Source: Desulfarculaceae bacterium (GTDB lineage Bacteria; Desulfobacterota; Desulfarculia; Desulfarculales; Desulfarculaceae). Taken from it: a stretch of DNA of 64,000 nt. Under the pieces are notes generated by a model. It was not told the DNA's origin and made no database searches. It worked only from the letters and a program-made list of their open reading frames with translations. The stretch spans positions 123,585 to 187,584 of the forward strand of contig JAIPEN010000008.1 in assembly GCA_021737145.1 (NCBI GenBank), read 5' to 3'. Of this stretch, positions 9,784 to 19,284 are shown piece by piece (the first letter of the stretch is position 1; each line of letters opens with the position of its first letter). A program made the translations under genes and the position numbers.

Positions 9784-10062
9784 ATGCCGCAGCACAGTCA
9801 TGACTTCGTGGAAGAGTACACCGGCCTGGTGGGATACGGCCTGGACCGGCCCACCGACGAGGCCACGGTGCGGGTCTATCTGCAAAAATTCTCCGACGAC
9901 GCCTGCATGGCCGCCATCCTGCCCCGCCTGGAGCAGGAGGAGCTGGGCATGATCTTCGAGACCATCAGCGACCTGTTGCGCAAGCATATGAGCGAAGAAG
10001 AGTATCACGACAAGTTCCTGAAAGACCCCGAGCCCCACCACCATCACCCCATCGAGGAGTGA
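9784..10062 (+). CDS. small cytoplasmic protein with C-terminal His run (PEPHHHHPIEE)
   Basis: ATG 9784 preceded by GGGAG. Coding-like composition. No family recognised. Confidence 0.5.
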   Translation: MPQHSHDFVEEYTGLVGYGLDRPTDEATVRVYLQKFSDDACMAAILPRLEQEELGMIFETISDLLRKHMSEEEYHDKFLKDPEPHHHHPIEE

Positions 10063-10075
10063 GCGAGGAGTGAGC

Positions 10076-11215
10076 ATGGACCCCCGGGAGAAGCTATACG
10101 GCGAACTTTCCCTGGTGCGGGGCATTCTGGAGGGGGCCATCTTCAGCCCGCTCAGGGCCTTGGACTGGCCGGCCTTTTGTTTTGACCAGCCCGGCCTGCT
10201 GGGCCTGGAGGAGGAGGAGGTCTTCGACCTGACGGTGCGGGCCTCCCTGGCCGCCGAGACCATGCACCCCAGCGAGAGCCAGGGCCGCGACCCCCTGGCC
10301 TGGCTGTGGGCCCTGCCCGAGCCCGGCCCGGTGCTGGCCCACGCCATGGCCTCCATGCGGGCGGACCGGCCCTTTTTGTTCCACCGGGTGCTCTACTCCC
10401 TGGGCCCGGTGCGCGAGGGGGCCATCGACCCGGAGGACTTCGAACTGGTGGAGGACTATCTGGCCGCCGCCCTGGCCGGGGGGCCCCAGATGCGCTCCGC
10501 CGCCGGCCAGGAGCTGGGCACCCTGACCCGGCGGGCCCTGAGCGCGGCGGGGCAAGACCCGGACCAGCCGGACCCGTCCCTGGCCGAGCTGGCCGCCCAG
10601 GTTTTGGCCCGGCCCCAGGCGGCCGAGGCCCACTCCGACGCCGAGCTGCTCACCTGGCTGACCCTGGGCGACGCCCTGGAGGGAATCCCGGTGGAGCTGG
10701 CCCCGGCGGTGGCGGCTTTGGTGTGGTCGCGCTGGTGCGCCGCGCTGATCGGCGAGCCGGCGGACCTGGAGCTGCTGGCGCGTTTGCAGCCCGAGGTGAG
10801 CCTGAGCCCCAGCGAGCTGGCCCTGTACGTGCCCCAGGAGCCGGGCTCGGGGCAGATGATCCACGCGGTGTGCCCCTTTTGCTCGGAGGACAACCAGCTC
10901 AGGCTGGGCAAGGAGGTGAGCGAGATAAACCGCTGCCCCCACCTGATCTACGTGGGCACCAGCGACGAGGCCCATCTGCTCAAGGTGCTGGAGAATTACG
11001 AGCTGGGGCCGGACTTCATGACCCTGCTGGAGAGCTACTACCAGTCCCCGGCCGACTTCGAGCTCTTCGCCACCCTGGTGGACGACCTCTACGAGATGCT
11101 GTGCGCCCAGGACCGGCTGGGCGCGGCCCCGGTGACCAGCTCGGAGACCAAGGGCCTGTACTATTTGAAGGCCTTTTTCGCCGGCCCCCCGCCGCAGGAC
11201 GAGAGCCTGCACTAG
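10076..11215 (+). CDS. hypothetical protein with CxxC...CxH zinc-ribbon-like element
   Basis: ATG 10076 after GAGGAG. 379 aa. CPFCSEDNQLRLGKEVSEINRCPH. No family recognised. Confidence 0.6.
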   Translation: MDPREKLYGELSLVRGILEGAIFSPLRALDWPAFCFDQPGLLGLEEEEVFDLTVRASLAAETMHPSESQGRDPLAWLWALPEPGPVLAHAMASMRADRPFLFHRVLYSLGPVREGAIDPEDFELVEDYLAAALAGGPQMRSAAGQELGTLTRRALSAAGQDPDQPDPSLAELAAQVLARPQAAEAHSDAELLTWLTLGDALEGIPVELAPAVAALVWSRWCAALIGEPADLELLARLQPEVSLSPSELALYVPQEPGSGQMIHAVCPFCSEDNQLRLGKEVSEINRCPHLIYVGTSDEAHLLKVLENYELGPDFMTLLESYYQSPADFELFATLVDDLYEMLCAQDRLGAAPVTSSETKGLYYLKAFFAGPPPQDESLH

Positions 11216-11225
11216 GAGAGCGACC

Positions 11226-12278
11226 ATGAACCTCAGCGAGTTGTTGGACCGGCTTTGCCCGCCCCTGGGCCCGCCGGGGCGCGAGGAGGAGATACGCGAG
11301 GCGGTGCGCGAGCTGGTGGAGCCGCTGGCCCACCGGGTGGAGACCGACCGTCTGGGCAGCCTCAGGGCCTGGTGGCAGCCGGAGGTCCGCCCCCTGGTGA
11401 TGCTGGACGCCCACCTGGACGAGGTGGCGGTGATCGTGCAGCAGGTGGATCCGGCCGGGTTTATCCGGGTGGCCCCCATGGGCGGCCTGGACAAGCGCCT
11501 GTTGCCCGGCTCCCGGGTGGTGTTGCAGCCCCGGCCCGGCCAGAGGGTGCCGGCCCTGTGCGGCCTGCTGCCCCCGCACGTGGGCAAGGGCAGGGACCAG
11601 GGCAAGGCCCTGGACTGGGAGCAGATCTACCTGGACCCCGGCCTGGACGACGGCGAGGCGGTGGCCGAGGCGGGAGTGCAGGTGGGCACCATGGGGGTGC
11701 TGGAACTGGGCCACGGCCTGTTGGGCCGGGGCTGCTATTTTGCGCGCAACCTGGACAACCGGGCCGGCTGCGCGGTGCTGGTGCACCTGCTGGAGCGCCT
11801 GGCCGCCGAAAAGCGCGAGCTGCCCTTCGGCCTGGTGATGAACTTCTCGGTGGCCGAGGAGGTGGGCCTGCGCGGGGCCCAGGCCGCGGCCTTCGACCTG
11901 GCCCCGGACCTGGCCCTGGCCGTGGAGTCCACCATCGGCGAGACCCCGGGGGTGGAGGCGGGGCGCAACCCCTCGCGCCTGGGAAGCGGCCCGGCGGTGA
12001 CCGTGGCCGACGGGCGCATCGTGGTGCCCCAGCGCATCGTGGACTCCCTGGAGATGGCGGCCAAGCGGGCGGGCGTGGCCTGCCAGCGCAAGCTGCCGCC
12101 CTACGGGGGCACCGACGCCGGGGCCATCCACACCAGCCGGGGCGGGGTGCCCACCGGGGTGGTGAGCGTGCCCACCCGCTACATTCACTCCCAGGCCTCG
12201 CTGTTGAAACTATCGGATCTGGAGGCCATGAGCGAACTGGTTTGGGCCTGGCTGGACGGGGCGGAGGAGCTGTTGTGA
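11226..12278 (+). CDS. M42-family metallo-aminopeptidase (FrvX/YsdC-like)
   Basis: Motifs LDAHLDEV, SVAEEVGLRGA, GGTDAG, RYIHS. Confidence 0.85.
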   Translation: MNLSELLDRLCPPLGPPGREEEIREAVRELVEPLAHRVETDRLGSLRAWWQPEVRPLVMLDAHLDEVAVIVQQVDPAGFIRVAPMGGLDKRLLPGSRVVLQPRPGQRVPALCGLLPPHVGKGRDQGKALDWEQIYLDPGLDDGEAVAEAGVQVGTMGVLELGHGLLGRGCYFARNLDNRAGCAVLVHLLERLAAEKRELPFGLVMNFSVAEEVGLRGAQAAAFDLAPDLALAVESTIGETPGVEAGRNPSRLGSGPAVTVADGRIVVPQRIVDSLEMAAKRAGVACQRKLPPYGGTDAGAIHTSRGGVPTGVVSVPTRYIHSQASLLKLSDLEAMSELVWAWLDGAEELL

Positions 12279-13486
12279 GCTGGGAGTTCCCCCCTTGGTA
12301 TCACCTGACCCCGCCCGAGGTGATCGAGCCCCGCTTGGCGCGCATCGGCCGGATGTGCGCCGCGGCGGGCCTGGACGCCATCCTGCTCACCGACGCCTAT
12401 GACGTGTTTTATGCCACGGGCACCAGCCAGCAGGGCCTGGTGCTGGTGACCGCCAAGGGCGAGGCGCTGGTTTTGATGCGCCGCCACGCCGGGCGGGCCG
12501 CGGCCGAGAGCCCCCTGGAGGTGACGCCCATAAGCGGCCTGACCCAGGCGGCGAAGCTGATCGGCCAGGCCCTGCCCGCCGAGGCCAAGCTGGGCCTGTG
12601 CATGGACGTGCTGGCCACCTCGGACTACCTGGGCTGGCAAAAGCGCCTGCCCGGCGTGGAGCTGATTGACGCCACCCGGCCCTGGCTGGAGCTCAAGGCG
12701 GTCAAGGACGCCTGGGAGGTGGAGCGCATCGCCGCAGCCGGGGCCCTGGGCGCGCGCATCTACGCCGAGCTGCCCCGGCTGATCGAGCCGGGCATCACCG
12801 AGGCGGAGCTGGCCGGCGAGATGCAGCGCCTGGCCATGGCCGGGGGCTCCATCGACCATCTGCGCTCCCGCTCCGGGTATCACCAGACCTACTCCTGGCA
12901 CATCGCCTCGGGTCCGGCCGGGGCCCTGCCCAGCGCCATGGACGCGCCCTTTAACGGCTGGGGCCTGTCCCCGGCCTTTCCCCTGGGGGCCAGTCAGCAA
13001 GAGCTGGCGCCGGGCGTGCCCATCAACGTGGACTTCGGGGTGAGCCTGGAGGGCTATCAGAGCGACCAGACCCGCACCTACGTGATCGGCCCGGCCCCGG
13101 AGATGGTGCAGCGGGCCCACGGTTGCCTGGAAGAGATCGAGGCCGCGCTCATCGAGGGGCTGCGGCCCGGGGCCATCAGCGGCGAGCTGTTCGATCTGGC
13201 CGGGGAGATAGCGGCCCGCCACGGCCTGAGCGACGACTGGCTGGGCCGCGGGGGCAGCAAGATACGCTTCTGCGGCCACGGGGTGGGCCAGGAGCTGGGC
13301 TCGCCGCCCTATATCCTGCAGGGCTCGCCGGCCGTGGTTCGCCCGGGCGAGACCTACGCCCTGGAGCTGAAGATCGTCACCGACCTGGGGCCGGTGGGCC
13401 TGGAGAGCACCGTGGCGGTCGAGCAGAGCGGCCCGGCCCGCAACCTGACCCCCGCGCCCAGCGTTCTCACCGAACTGCCCGCCTAG
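12275..13486 (+). CDS. M24-family Xaa-Pro aminopeptidase
   Basis: GTG 12275 overlaps the upstream TGA (GTGA). Creatinase-like N-domain plus a pita-bread domain with CGHGVGQELG. Confidence 0.85.
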   Translation: MSWEFPPWYHLTPPEVIEPRLARIGRMCAAAGLDAILLTDAYDVFYATGTSQQGLVLVTAKGEALVLMRRHAGRAAAESPLEVTPISGLTQAAKLIGQALPAEAKLGLCMDVLATSDYLGWQKRLPGVELIDATRPWLELKAVKDAWEVERIAAAGALGARIYAELPRLIEPGITEAELAGEMQRLAMAGGSIDHLRSRSGYHQTYSWHIASGPAGALPSAMDAPFNGWGLSPAFPLGASQQELAPGVPINVDFGVSLEGYQSDQTRTYVIGPAPEMVQRAHGCLEEIEAALIEGLRPGAISGELFDLAGEIAARHGLSDDWLGRGGSKIRFCGHGVGQELGSPPYILQGSPAVVRPGETYALELKIVTDLGPVGLESTVAVEQSGPARNLTPAPSVLTELPA

Positions 13487-13492
13487 GAGAAG

Positions 13493-13969
13493 ATGGCCAG
13501 CATGAAAAAGATCAATCCCGCCTGGCTGGAGATGGTGCAGGCCGGAGTGAACTATTGCCCCTACTTTGACCTGCAATCCATGAGCATAGCGGATCTGAGC
13601 TGGGGCGAGGCCCGCCTGGAAATAGAGCTACAGAAAAAGCACCTACAGCCCTTCGGGGTGGTGCACGGCGGGGTGATTTCCAGCATCGCCGACGCGGCCG
13701 GCTTCTGGGGGGTGTATTCCCAGGCCGAGGACGGGGTGGGCATGACCACGGTGGAGCTGAAGGTGAACTACCTGGCTCCGGCCAAGGCCGAGGGCCAGCT
13801 CATCGGCTTGGGGCGCTGCATCAAGCTGGGGCGCAACCTGGGCCTGGGCGAGGCCAGCATCCACACCAGCGACGGCCGCCAGGTGGCCCACGCCACCACC
13901 ACCCTGATGATCATTCCCCAGCTCCAGCTGAACAACCAGGACCGCCTGCCCCCCAAGTTCCTGGAGTGA
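13493..13969 (+). CDS. PaaI-type hotdog-fold thioesterase
   Basis: AGGAGA RBS. Motif PFGVVHGGVISSIADAA. Confidence 0.8.
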   Translation: MASMKKINPAWLEMVQAGVNYCPYFDLQSMSIADLSWGEARLEIELQKKHLQPFGVVHGGVISSIADAAGFWGVYSQAEDGVGMTTVELKVNYLAPAKAEGQLIGLGRCIKLGRNLGLGEASIHTSDGRQVAHATTTLMIIPQLQLNNQDRLPPKFLE

Positions 13970-13973
13970 AAAC

Positions 13974-14023
13974 TTGACGGCCGGGGCGGGCCTTGTATAT
14001 CCTGATAATAAATAATAATTATC
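13974..14023 (+). promoter_or_regulatory. sigma70-like promoter (TTGACG-16-TATATC) overlapped by Fur/PerR-box-like palindrome GATAATAAATAATAATTATC (14004-14023)
   Basis: Read directly from the sequence, immediately upstream of the Fur-family gene. Confidence 0.55.
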
Positions 14024-14038
14024 CGGAGAGAAGTCTTT

Positions 14039-14503
14039 TTGGCCAAAGCCCCGCCAACCGCGCATTCCGAGCCTGCCCAGCGCATGGAACAGATGATCGC
14101 CGCCCTGCGCGCGGCCGGCCAGCGGGTGACCCCCCAGCGCCTGGCGGTGCTCAGGGTGTTGGCCGAGAGCCATGACCACCCCACAGTGGAGACGATCTAC
14201 GAGCGGGTGAGCCGGGACTTCCCCACCACCAGCCTGGCCACCATCTACAAGACCCTGACCATGCTCAAGGGCCTGGAACAGGTGTTGGAGTTGGGCTTCG
14301 CCCACATGTCCAGCCGCTACGACGGGCGCAAGCCAAGCCCCCACGCCCACGCCATCTGCGTCCGTTGCGGGGCCATCGCCGACCCGGACATCGGGCCGAT
14401 GGAGTCCCTGGCCAAGGATATGGCCAAGCGCTCCGGCTACAAGCTGACCCGCCACCAGATCGATTTCTTCGGGCTTTGCCCCCAGTGCCAGAAAAAGGCC
14501 TGA
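14039..14503 (+). CDS. Fur-family metalloregulator (Fur/PerR/Zur type)
   Basis: TTG 14039 after GGAGAG. RVTPQRLAVLRVL DNA-binding helix, HAHAICVRCG and CPQC metal sites. Confidence 0.85.
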   Translation: MAKAPPTAHSEPAQRMEQMIAALRAAGQRVTPQRLAVLRVLAESHDHPTVETIYERVSRDFPTTSLATIYKTLTMLKGLEQVLELGFAHMSSRYDGRKPSPHAHAICVRCGAIADPDIGPMESLAKDMAKRSGYKLTRHQIDFFGLCPQCQKKA

Positions 14504-14544
14504 TCTAAAGGGCCGGGCCAGCCAGGACCGGGCCCCGAGCCCCC

Positions 14545-14588
14545 AAAAAAATCACCGGGCTCCGGCACGCGCCGGGGCCCGGTTTGTT
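14545..14588. terminator. bidirectional hairpin terminator between convergent fur-type and plsB/gpsA-fusion genes
   Basis: ACCGGGCTCCGGC-acgc-GCCGGGGCCCGGT stem, flanked by an A7 run upstream and TTGTT downstream. Confidence 0.5.
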
Positions 14589-14605
14589 CGCGCCCCAAGG
14601 GGCGG

Positions 14606-17071
14606 CTATTTTTCTTGAGGCTTGCCGGTGACCAGGGTGGCGTGGGCCTCGGTGAGCACCGGCATCTCCACTCCGTAGAGATGGGCCAGTTGGAAGGCCA
14701 GGGACAAATCGCGCAGGGCGGTGAGGCTGTTGCCCTCCTCGGTGAGCTGCTGCTCCATCTTGTCCGCCGCGGCGGGCAGCTCCTTGCCCCGCCGGGCCAG
14801 GCCGCCCAGCTTGCGGCCGAAGTCGCGGGCCGAGCCCCCCAGGCCGCTGGCCGCGAAGGCGGCGGACCAGGCCGGGCTGGCCGCCGAGAAGCTTTCGTCC
14901 GAGCCCCCCAGGGCGCGGCACAGGACGATGGCCTCGGCCGAGGCGTCGGCCAGATAGCAGCCCGCCGCCGAGGCCCGGTTTAGGCGGCCCGTCTTGGTCA
15001 GATAGCCGCTCCACAGGCCGTAGACCCGGGCCAGCACTCCGGCCAGGTTGACCCCCACCGGGTCCGGGGCCTGGGCCACCTCCACCGGCGGCGCGCTGAA
15101 CAGCTCGGCCAGCTCGCTCCGGCCGGGGTCGGGGCCGGCCAGCACCAGGCGGCTGTTGCGGCCGGGCACCAGGTCATTCGGGCCCACCGCCCCGCCCAGG
15201 GCAAAGATGCTCACGTCGCCGCGCCCCGCCCGGGCGGCCATGCGCCGGGCCAAAAGCACCGGCAGCTCCGGCCCCGGAGCCAGCCCCCGGCTGGCCACCA
15301 CCAGCTTGAGGCCCTGCTCGGCGTGGGCCAGCACCGCGCCCAGGGACTCGGCCAGGTGGCTGGCCGGGGAGGCCACCACCACCTCGGAGGCCTTTTTGAA
15401 GGCGCTGGGGCGGTCGGTGGTGACAAAGGCGTTTTTGGGAAGGCGCTGTTCGCTGAAGCGGCCCTCGGGGCTGCGGTCATAGGCCAACTGGTCGATGAGC
15501 TCGCGCCGGGGGTCGTAAAGGGTCAGGGAGGCGTTGAGGTAGCGCTTGGCCTCCAGCATGCGCGAGCCCAGGTGCCAGGCCAGGGCGAAGCCCCAGTCCC
15601 CGGCCCCGGCCACCACCACGTTCTGGTCGGCGGTGGGGGAGTAGATGCGGCGGTCGCCGTGGGTGGCGTAGTAGGCCAGGCCCTTGGGCGAGCGCACCTG
15701 GGGCAGCTTGTGCTCGTCGCGCATCAGGGGCCAGATCACCGCGCGGCGCTTGAGGGTGCGCACCCCGTCGGCCACCACCTTTTCCACCGGGTTGTCCCGG
15801 ATGAAGTCTTCCAGGTCGGGCTCCTGGCCGAAGGTCTCGCGGTGGTAGGAAGACAGGCCCTCCAGCTCGGCCCGGGTGGCCTCCACCAGGTCGCCCCGGC
15901 GTTGGGTGCGGGCCCGCGCCAGGCCCCGGGCGGTGAGCTGGCTGGCCATCACCTTTTTGGAGCGGGCGATGTCGTTGATGGCGGTCAGGGCCACGTACTC
16001 GTCCAGATCGCGGCCCTGGAGGTCGGCGGCATGGGCCTCCCTCAGCTCGGAGAGCAGGCGGGGCCGGGGCAGGGTCAGGTAGGCCCGGCCATAAAGGTTT
16101 TGCACGCTGCGCCAGATCCAGGAGCGGGGATGGCCCACCACCCGGCCCAGGGTGCCCAGGGCGCCCATGCCCCGGATCCAGGCCAGGGCCCCCTTGCGGT
16201 CGGCCAGGGGAAGGTCTTCGGGCACGATGGAGAAGCTGCAGGCCACCGGCTGGACGACCACCTCGCGGTCCCCGGCCAGGGCTCCGCGCAGGGTGACCAG
16301 GCGGCGGGGGTAGCGCAGGGAGCCGTCGCGGCTGCGGGCCCCCCCGGCCCAGGCCTCCAGGAAGATGCCCTGCTGCTCGCCGCACTCGGCCACCGCCCGG
16401 CAGTAGTTGAACAGGGAGGCCATGTAGGCCCGGTCCGCCCCCCGGCGGCGCACCACATAGGAGCTGATCCACAGGACCTTGGCGATGGACTCGATGGCCA
16501 TCATGTTGTCGCCGGCGGCGAACAGGGGCAGGCCCAGGCCGTGCTGGGCCATTATGGTGGCCAGGAGGAACTCGTCCAGGTGCGAGGAGTGGTTTATGAG
16601 GTACACCACCCCCAGGCCCTGCTCCCGGTACTGTTGCAGCAGGTCCATGTGGGCCAGCTCGCGGTGGTCCGGCGAGACGAAGCAGTGGGTCGGGTCGTCC
16701 TGCCAAAAGAAGCCGCTCATCAGGGTGCACACCGCCGAGGCGCCGTAGATGTGAATCTGGCGGTCGTAGCGCACCCCGATGGACTCCAGGTTGCGCCGGA
16801 TGGCGTCCGGGTCCACGGGATGGCCCTCGGCGGCCAGCTGCCGGGCGGTGAGCTCGGCGGCGCGGTCGGTGATCTCCGGGGCCTTTTCCCAGGATGGGGG
16901 CATCTGGGAGAAGAGGTCCAGCCAGGGGCGGCCGGCCTCGCTCTCGGAGATGTGCTTGAGCAGGCGCACGAAGTCCACCCGCCCCGCGCTCTTGACCAGG
17001 CCCTTTTTCATGGTGCGCGACAGGTCGCGCACCAGGGACAGAGGAAAGGGTTTCTTCTTGGCTGCGGCCAC
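14606..17071 (-). CDS. fusion protein: PlsB/GPAT-like acyltransferase (N) + NAD(P)H-dependent glycerol-3-phosphate dehydrogenase GpsA-like (C)
   Basis: GTG 17071 after GAGGA. The ATG at 17209 would overlap the divergent gene. HSSHLD (HX4D) and FLEAWAGGARSRDG acyltransferase motifs. VVVAGAGDWGFALA Rossmann motif plus a GpsA-like C-terminal half. Confidence 0.8.
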   Translation of the reverse strand: MAAAKKKPFPLSLVRDLSRTMKKGLVKSAGRVDFVRLLKHISESEAGRPWLDLFSQMPPSWEKAPEITDRAAELTARQLAAEGHPVDPDAIRRNLESIGVRYDRQIHIYGASAVCTLMSGFFWQDDPTHCFVSPDHRELAHMDLLQQYREQGLGVVYLINHSSHLDEFLLATIMAQHGLGLPLFAAGDNMMAIESIAKVLWISSYVVRRRGADRAYMASLFNYCRAVAECGEQQGIFLEAWAGGARSRDGSLRYPRRLVTLRGALAGDREVVVQPVACSFSIVPEDLPLADRKGALAWIRGMGALGTLGRVVGHPRSWIWRSVQNLYGRAYLTLPRPRLLSELREAHAADLQGRDLDEYVALTAINDIARSKKVMASQLTARGLARARTQRRGDLVEATRAELEGLSSYHRETFGQEPDLEDFIRDNPVEKVVADGVRTLKRRAVIWPLMRDEHKLPQVRSPKGLAYYATHGDRRIYSPTADQNVVVAGAGDWGFALAWHLGSRMLEAKRYLNASLTLYDPRRELIDQLAYDRSPEGRFSEQRLPKNAFVTTDRPSAFKKASEVVVASPASHLAESLGAVLAHAEQGLKLVVASRGLAPGPELPVLLARRMAARAGRGDVSIFALGGAVGPNDLVPGRNSRLVLAGPDPGRSELAELFSAPPVEVAQAPDPVGVNLAGVLARVYGLWSGYLTKTGRLNRASAAGCYLADASAEAIVLCRALGGSDESFSAASPAWSAAFAASGLGGSARDFGRKLGGLARRGKELPAAADKMEQQLTEEGNSLTALRDLSLAFQLAHLYGVEMPVLTEAHATLVTGKPQEK

Positions 17072-17192
17072 GTTATTCCTCGCCGGCTTGGGGGGTGAAA
17101 CCAAGGTAACTGTAGCTAAGTGCAGGCCTTTGTCAAGCCAGTCGGCGCCGGGATTGTTGTGCCCCGGAGAACAACGGTGTAGAGTCGGATGC

Positions 17193-18182
17193 ATGAGCAA
17201 AGAGCACACCCCACCGAAGCTGAATGATATTCAGGCCATGGAGCGCCTCAAGGCCCTGCCGCGCCCTTGGGCCTCGGATTATCTGGCCATGTACTCCAAT
17301 TGGCTGGGGGGCATCGTCCGCGACCCCTGGCTGATGAGCGTGCCCATCGACGACCATCTGGTGCATCGGGGCGACGGGGTTTTCGAGGCCACCAAGTGCA
17401 TCGACGGGCGCATCTATTTGTTGGAGCGCCACCTGGAGCGCCTGGAGGCCTCGGCCTCGGCCATCCACTTGCAGCCCCCCCTGGGGTGCCGCGAGTTGGC
17501 CGAGCTGGCCGCGGCGGTGGTGCGGGCCGGAGGCCAGCGCGACTGCATGTTGAGGATTTTCCTTTCGCGGGGGCCGGGCGGCTTCACCACCAACCCCTTC
17601 GAATGCCCCGCGCCGGGGCTTTATCTCATGGCCAGCCGGATGCACCCCATGCCCGAGGGGGCCTATGAGCAGGGGGTGAACCTGGGGGTGAGCTCGGTGC
17701 CGGCCAAGAGCGGCTTTTTCGCGGGGGTGAAATCCTGCAACTACCTGCCCAACGTGCTGCTCAAGCGCGAGGCCATCACCCGGGGCTGGGACTTCGCGGT
17801 GTGCCTGGACCCGGAGGGCTACCTGGCCGAGGGCTCCACCGAGAACTTCGGCCTGGTGGACCAGCAGGGCATGCTGCGCCTGCCGCCGGCCATGCACATC
17901 CTGGAGGGCACCACGGTAAAGCGGGCGGCCGAGCTGGCCGGCGCTCTGGTGAAGGCCGGGGAGCTGGCCGGCATTGAGCGGGGCGACATCAAGGTGGAGG
18001 ACCTGGGCGCGGCCAAGGAGGTCATGCTCTTCGGCACCACCCTGGACGTGTTGCCCGTGACCCGCATCGACGGCGCGGCGGTGAGCGGCGGAGCGCCCGG
18101 CCCGGTGGCCAGGGAGCTTCGGCGGCTGATCAAGCAGGACATCGCCGAAAATCCCGCCATGTCCCTGGCGGTGTGGGAGTAA
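17193..18182 (+). CDS. class IV (fold-type IV) aminotransferase, branched-chain aminotransferase/ADC-lyase-like
   Basis: GVFEATKC, KSCNYLPN and EGSTENF motifs. Confidence 0.8.
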   Translation: MSKEHTPPKLNDIQAMERLKALPRPWASDYLAMYSNWLGGIVRDPWLMSVPIDDHLVHRGDGVFEATKCIDGRIYLLERHLERLEASASAIHLQPPLGCRELAELAAAVVRAGGQRDCMLRIFLSRGPGGFTTNPFECPAPGLYLMASRMHPMPEGAYEQGVNLGVSSVPAKSGFFAGVKSCNYLPNVLLKREAITRGWDFAVCLDPEGYLAEGSTENFGLVDQQGMLRLPPAMHILEGTTVKRAAELAGALVKAGELAGIERGDIKVEDLGAAKEVMLFGTTLDVLPVTRIDGAAVSGGAPGPVARELRRLIKQDIAENPAMSLAVWE

Positions 18183-18257
18183 TCAAAAGCTGGCTCAGAG
18201 GCCGCCTGCCCGCCCGGTCGGCCAGCAAGCCGGGATTCATGGGACAGGGGGATAGGT

Positions 18258-19280
18258 ATGACCAAGCTGGAGCCCATCGCGGAGAGCCCGCGCGGCCTGT
18301 ATGAGGCGGTGTTCGCGCCGGTGACCGCCGAGTTGATCCTGGCCGCCATCAAGGCGGACCTTTTCAGACATCTGGAAAAGCCGGCAAGCCCAGAGGCCCT
18401 GGCGGGCCAATTGGGCTGGGAGCCCCGGGCCGCCGGAGTCCTGCTCAACGGCCTGGCCTCCTGCGACCTTCTTGGCAAGCGGGACGGCCTTTTCAGCAAC
18501 AGCCCCGAGACCTCGCGTTTTCTGGTCCCCGGCAAACCCACCTTTCTGGGCAATCATCTGCTGGCCACCCACCACATGGTGACCGGAGGGCTGGCTGGCC
18601 TGGCCGAGCGCCTGCAAGGCGGCCCCGCCCCCGAAACGGCGGACGCCGGCCCGGCCGGCGAAACCGACTGGTCGGCCATGGCCGAGGGCATGGCCAACTC
18701 GGCCCGGGCGGGCCGGGCCCTTTTCGCGCAGGGGCTGGTGCGAAAGCTGCCCGAGTTCGCCTGGTTCAAAAAAATGCTGGACCTGGGAGGCGGGCCGGGG
18801 ATTCATTGCATCGCCATGGTGCAGGCCCATCCCAGCATGACCGGGGTGGTCTTCGACCGCCCGGCCATGGGAGACAAGGCCCGCCAGTACATCGATGAGT
18901 ACGGCCTGAGCGAACGCATCGCATTCATGGGCGGCGACTACATGAGCGATTCCATCGGCTCGGGCTATGACCTGATATGGGCCTGCGCCTCCCTGAACTT
19001 TTGCGGCGACGATTTGGGCGGGCTAATGGCCAAGCTGCGCCAGGCCCTGAACCCCGGCGGGGTGCTGGCCGTGTTGCAGGAGGGCCTGACCCACGAGGGG
19101 ACCAAGCCAGCGGAGATGGTGCTGCCCATGCTGGCCTGGCGCCTGGTTTCGGACGAGGGGGTCAACTTCGAGCAGGGCCAGATCGCCTCGGCCATGCTGG
19201 AGGCCGGTTTCCGCTCGGTGCGCTCGCAAACCCTGGACACGGTGCACGGGGTCATGGATCTGGATGTGGCTCGGAAGTAG
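18258..19280 (+). CDS. SAM-dependent O-methyltransferase (dimerisation domain + Methyltransf_2-like)
   Basis: LDLGGGPG SAM motif. N-terminal winged-helix-like dimerisation region. Confidence 0.8.
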   Translation: MTKLEPIAESPRGLYEAVFAPVTAELILAAIKADLFRHLEKPASPEALAGQLGWEPRAAGVLLNGLASCDLLGKRDGLFSNSPETSRFLVPGKPTFLGNHLLATHHMVTGGLAGLAERLQGGPAPETADAGPAGETDWSAMAEGMANSARAGRALFAQGLVRKLPEFAWFKKMLDLGGGPGIHCIAMVQAHPSMTGVVFDRPAMGDKARQYIDEYGLSERIAFMGGDYMSDSIGSGYDLIWACASLNFCGDDLGGLMAKLRQALNPGGVLAVLQEGLTHEGTKPAEMVLPMLAWRLVSDEGVNFEQGQIASAMLEAGFRSVRSQTLDTVHGVMDLDVARK

Positions 19281-19284
19281 GGGG

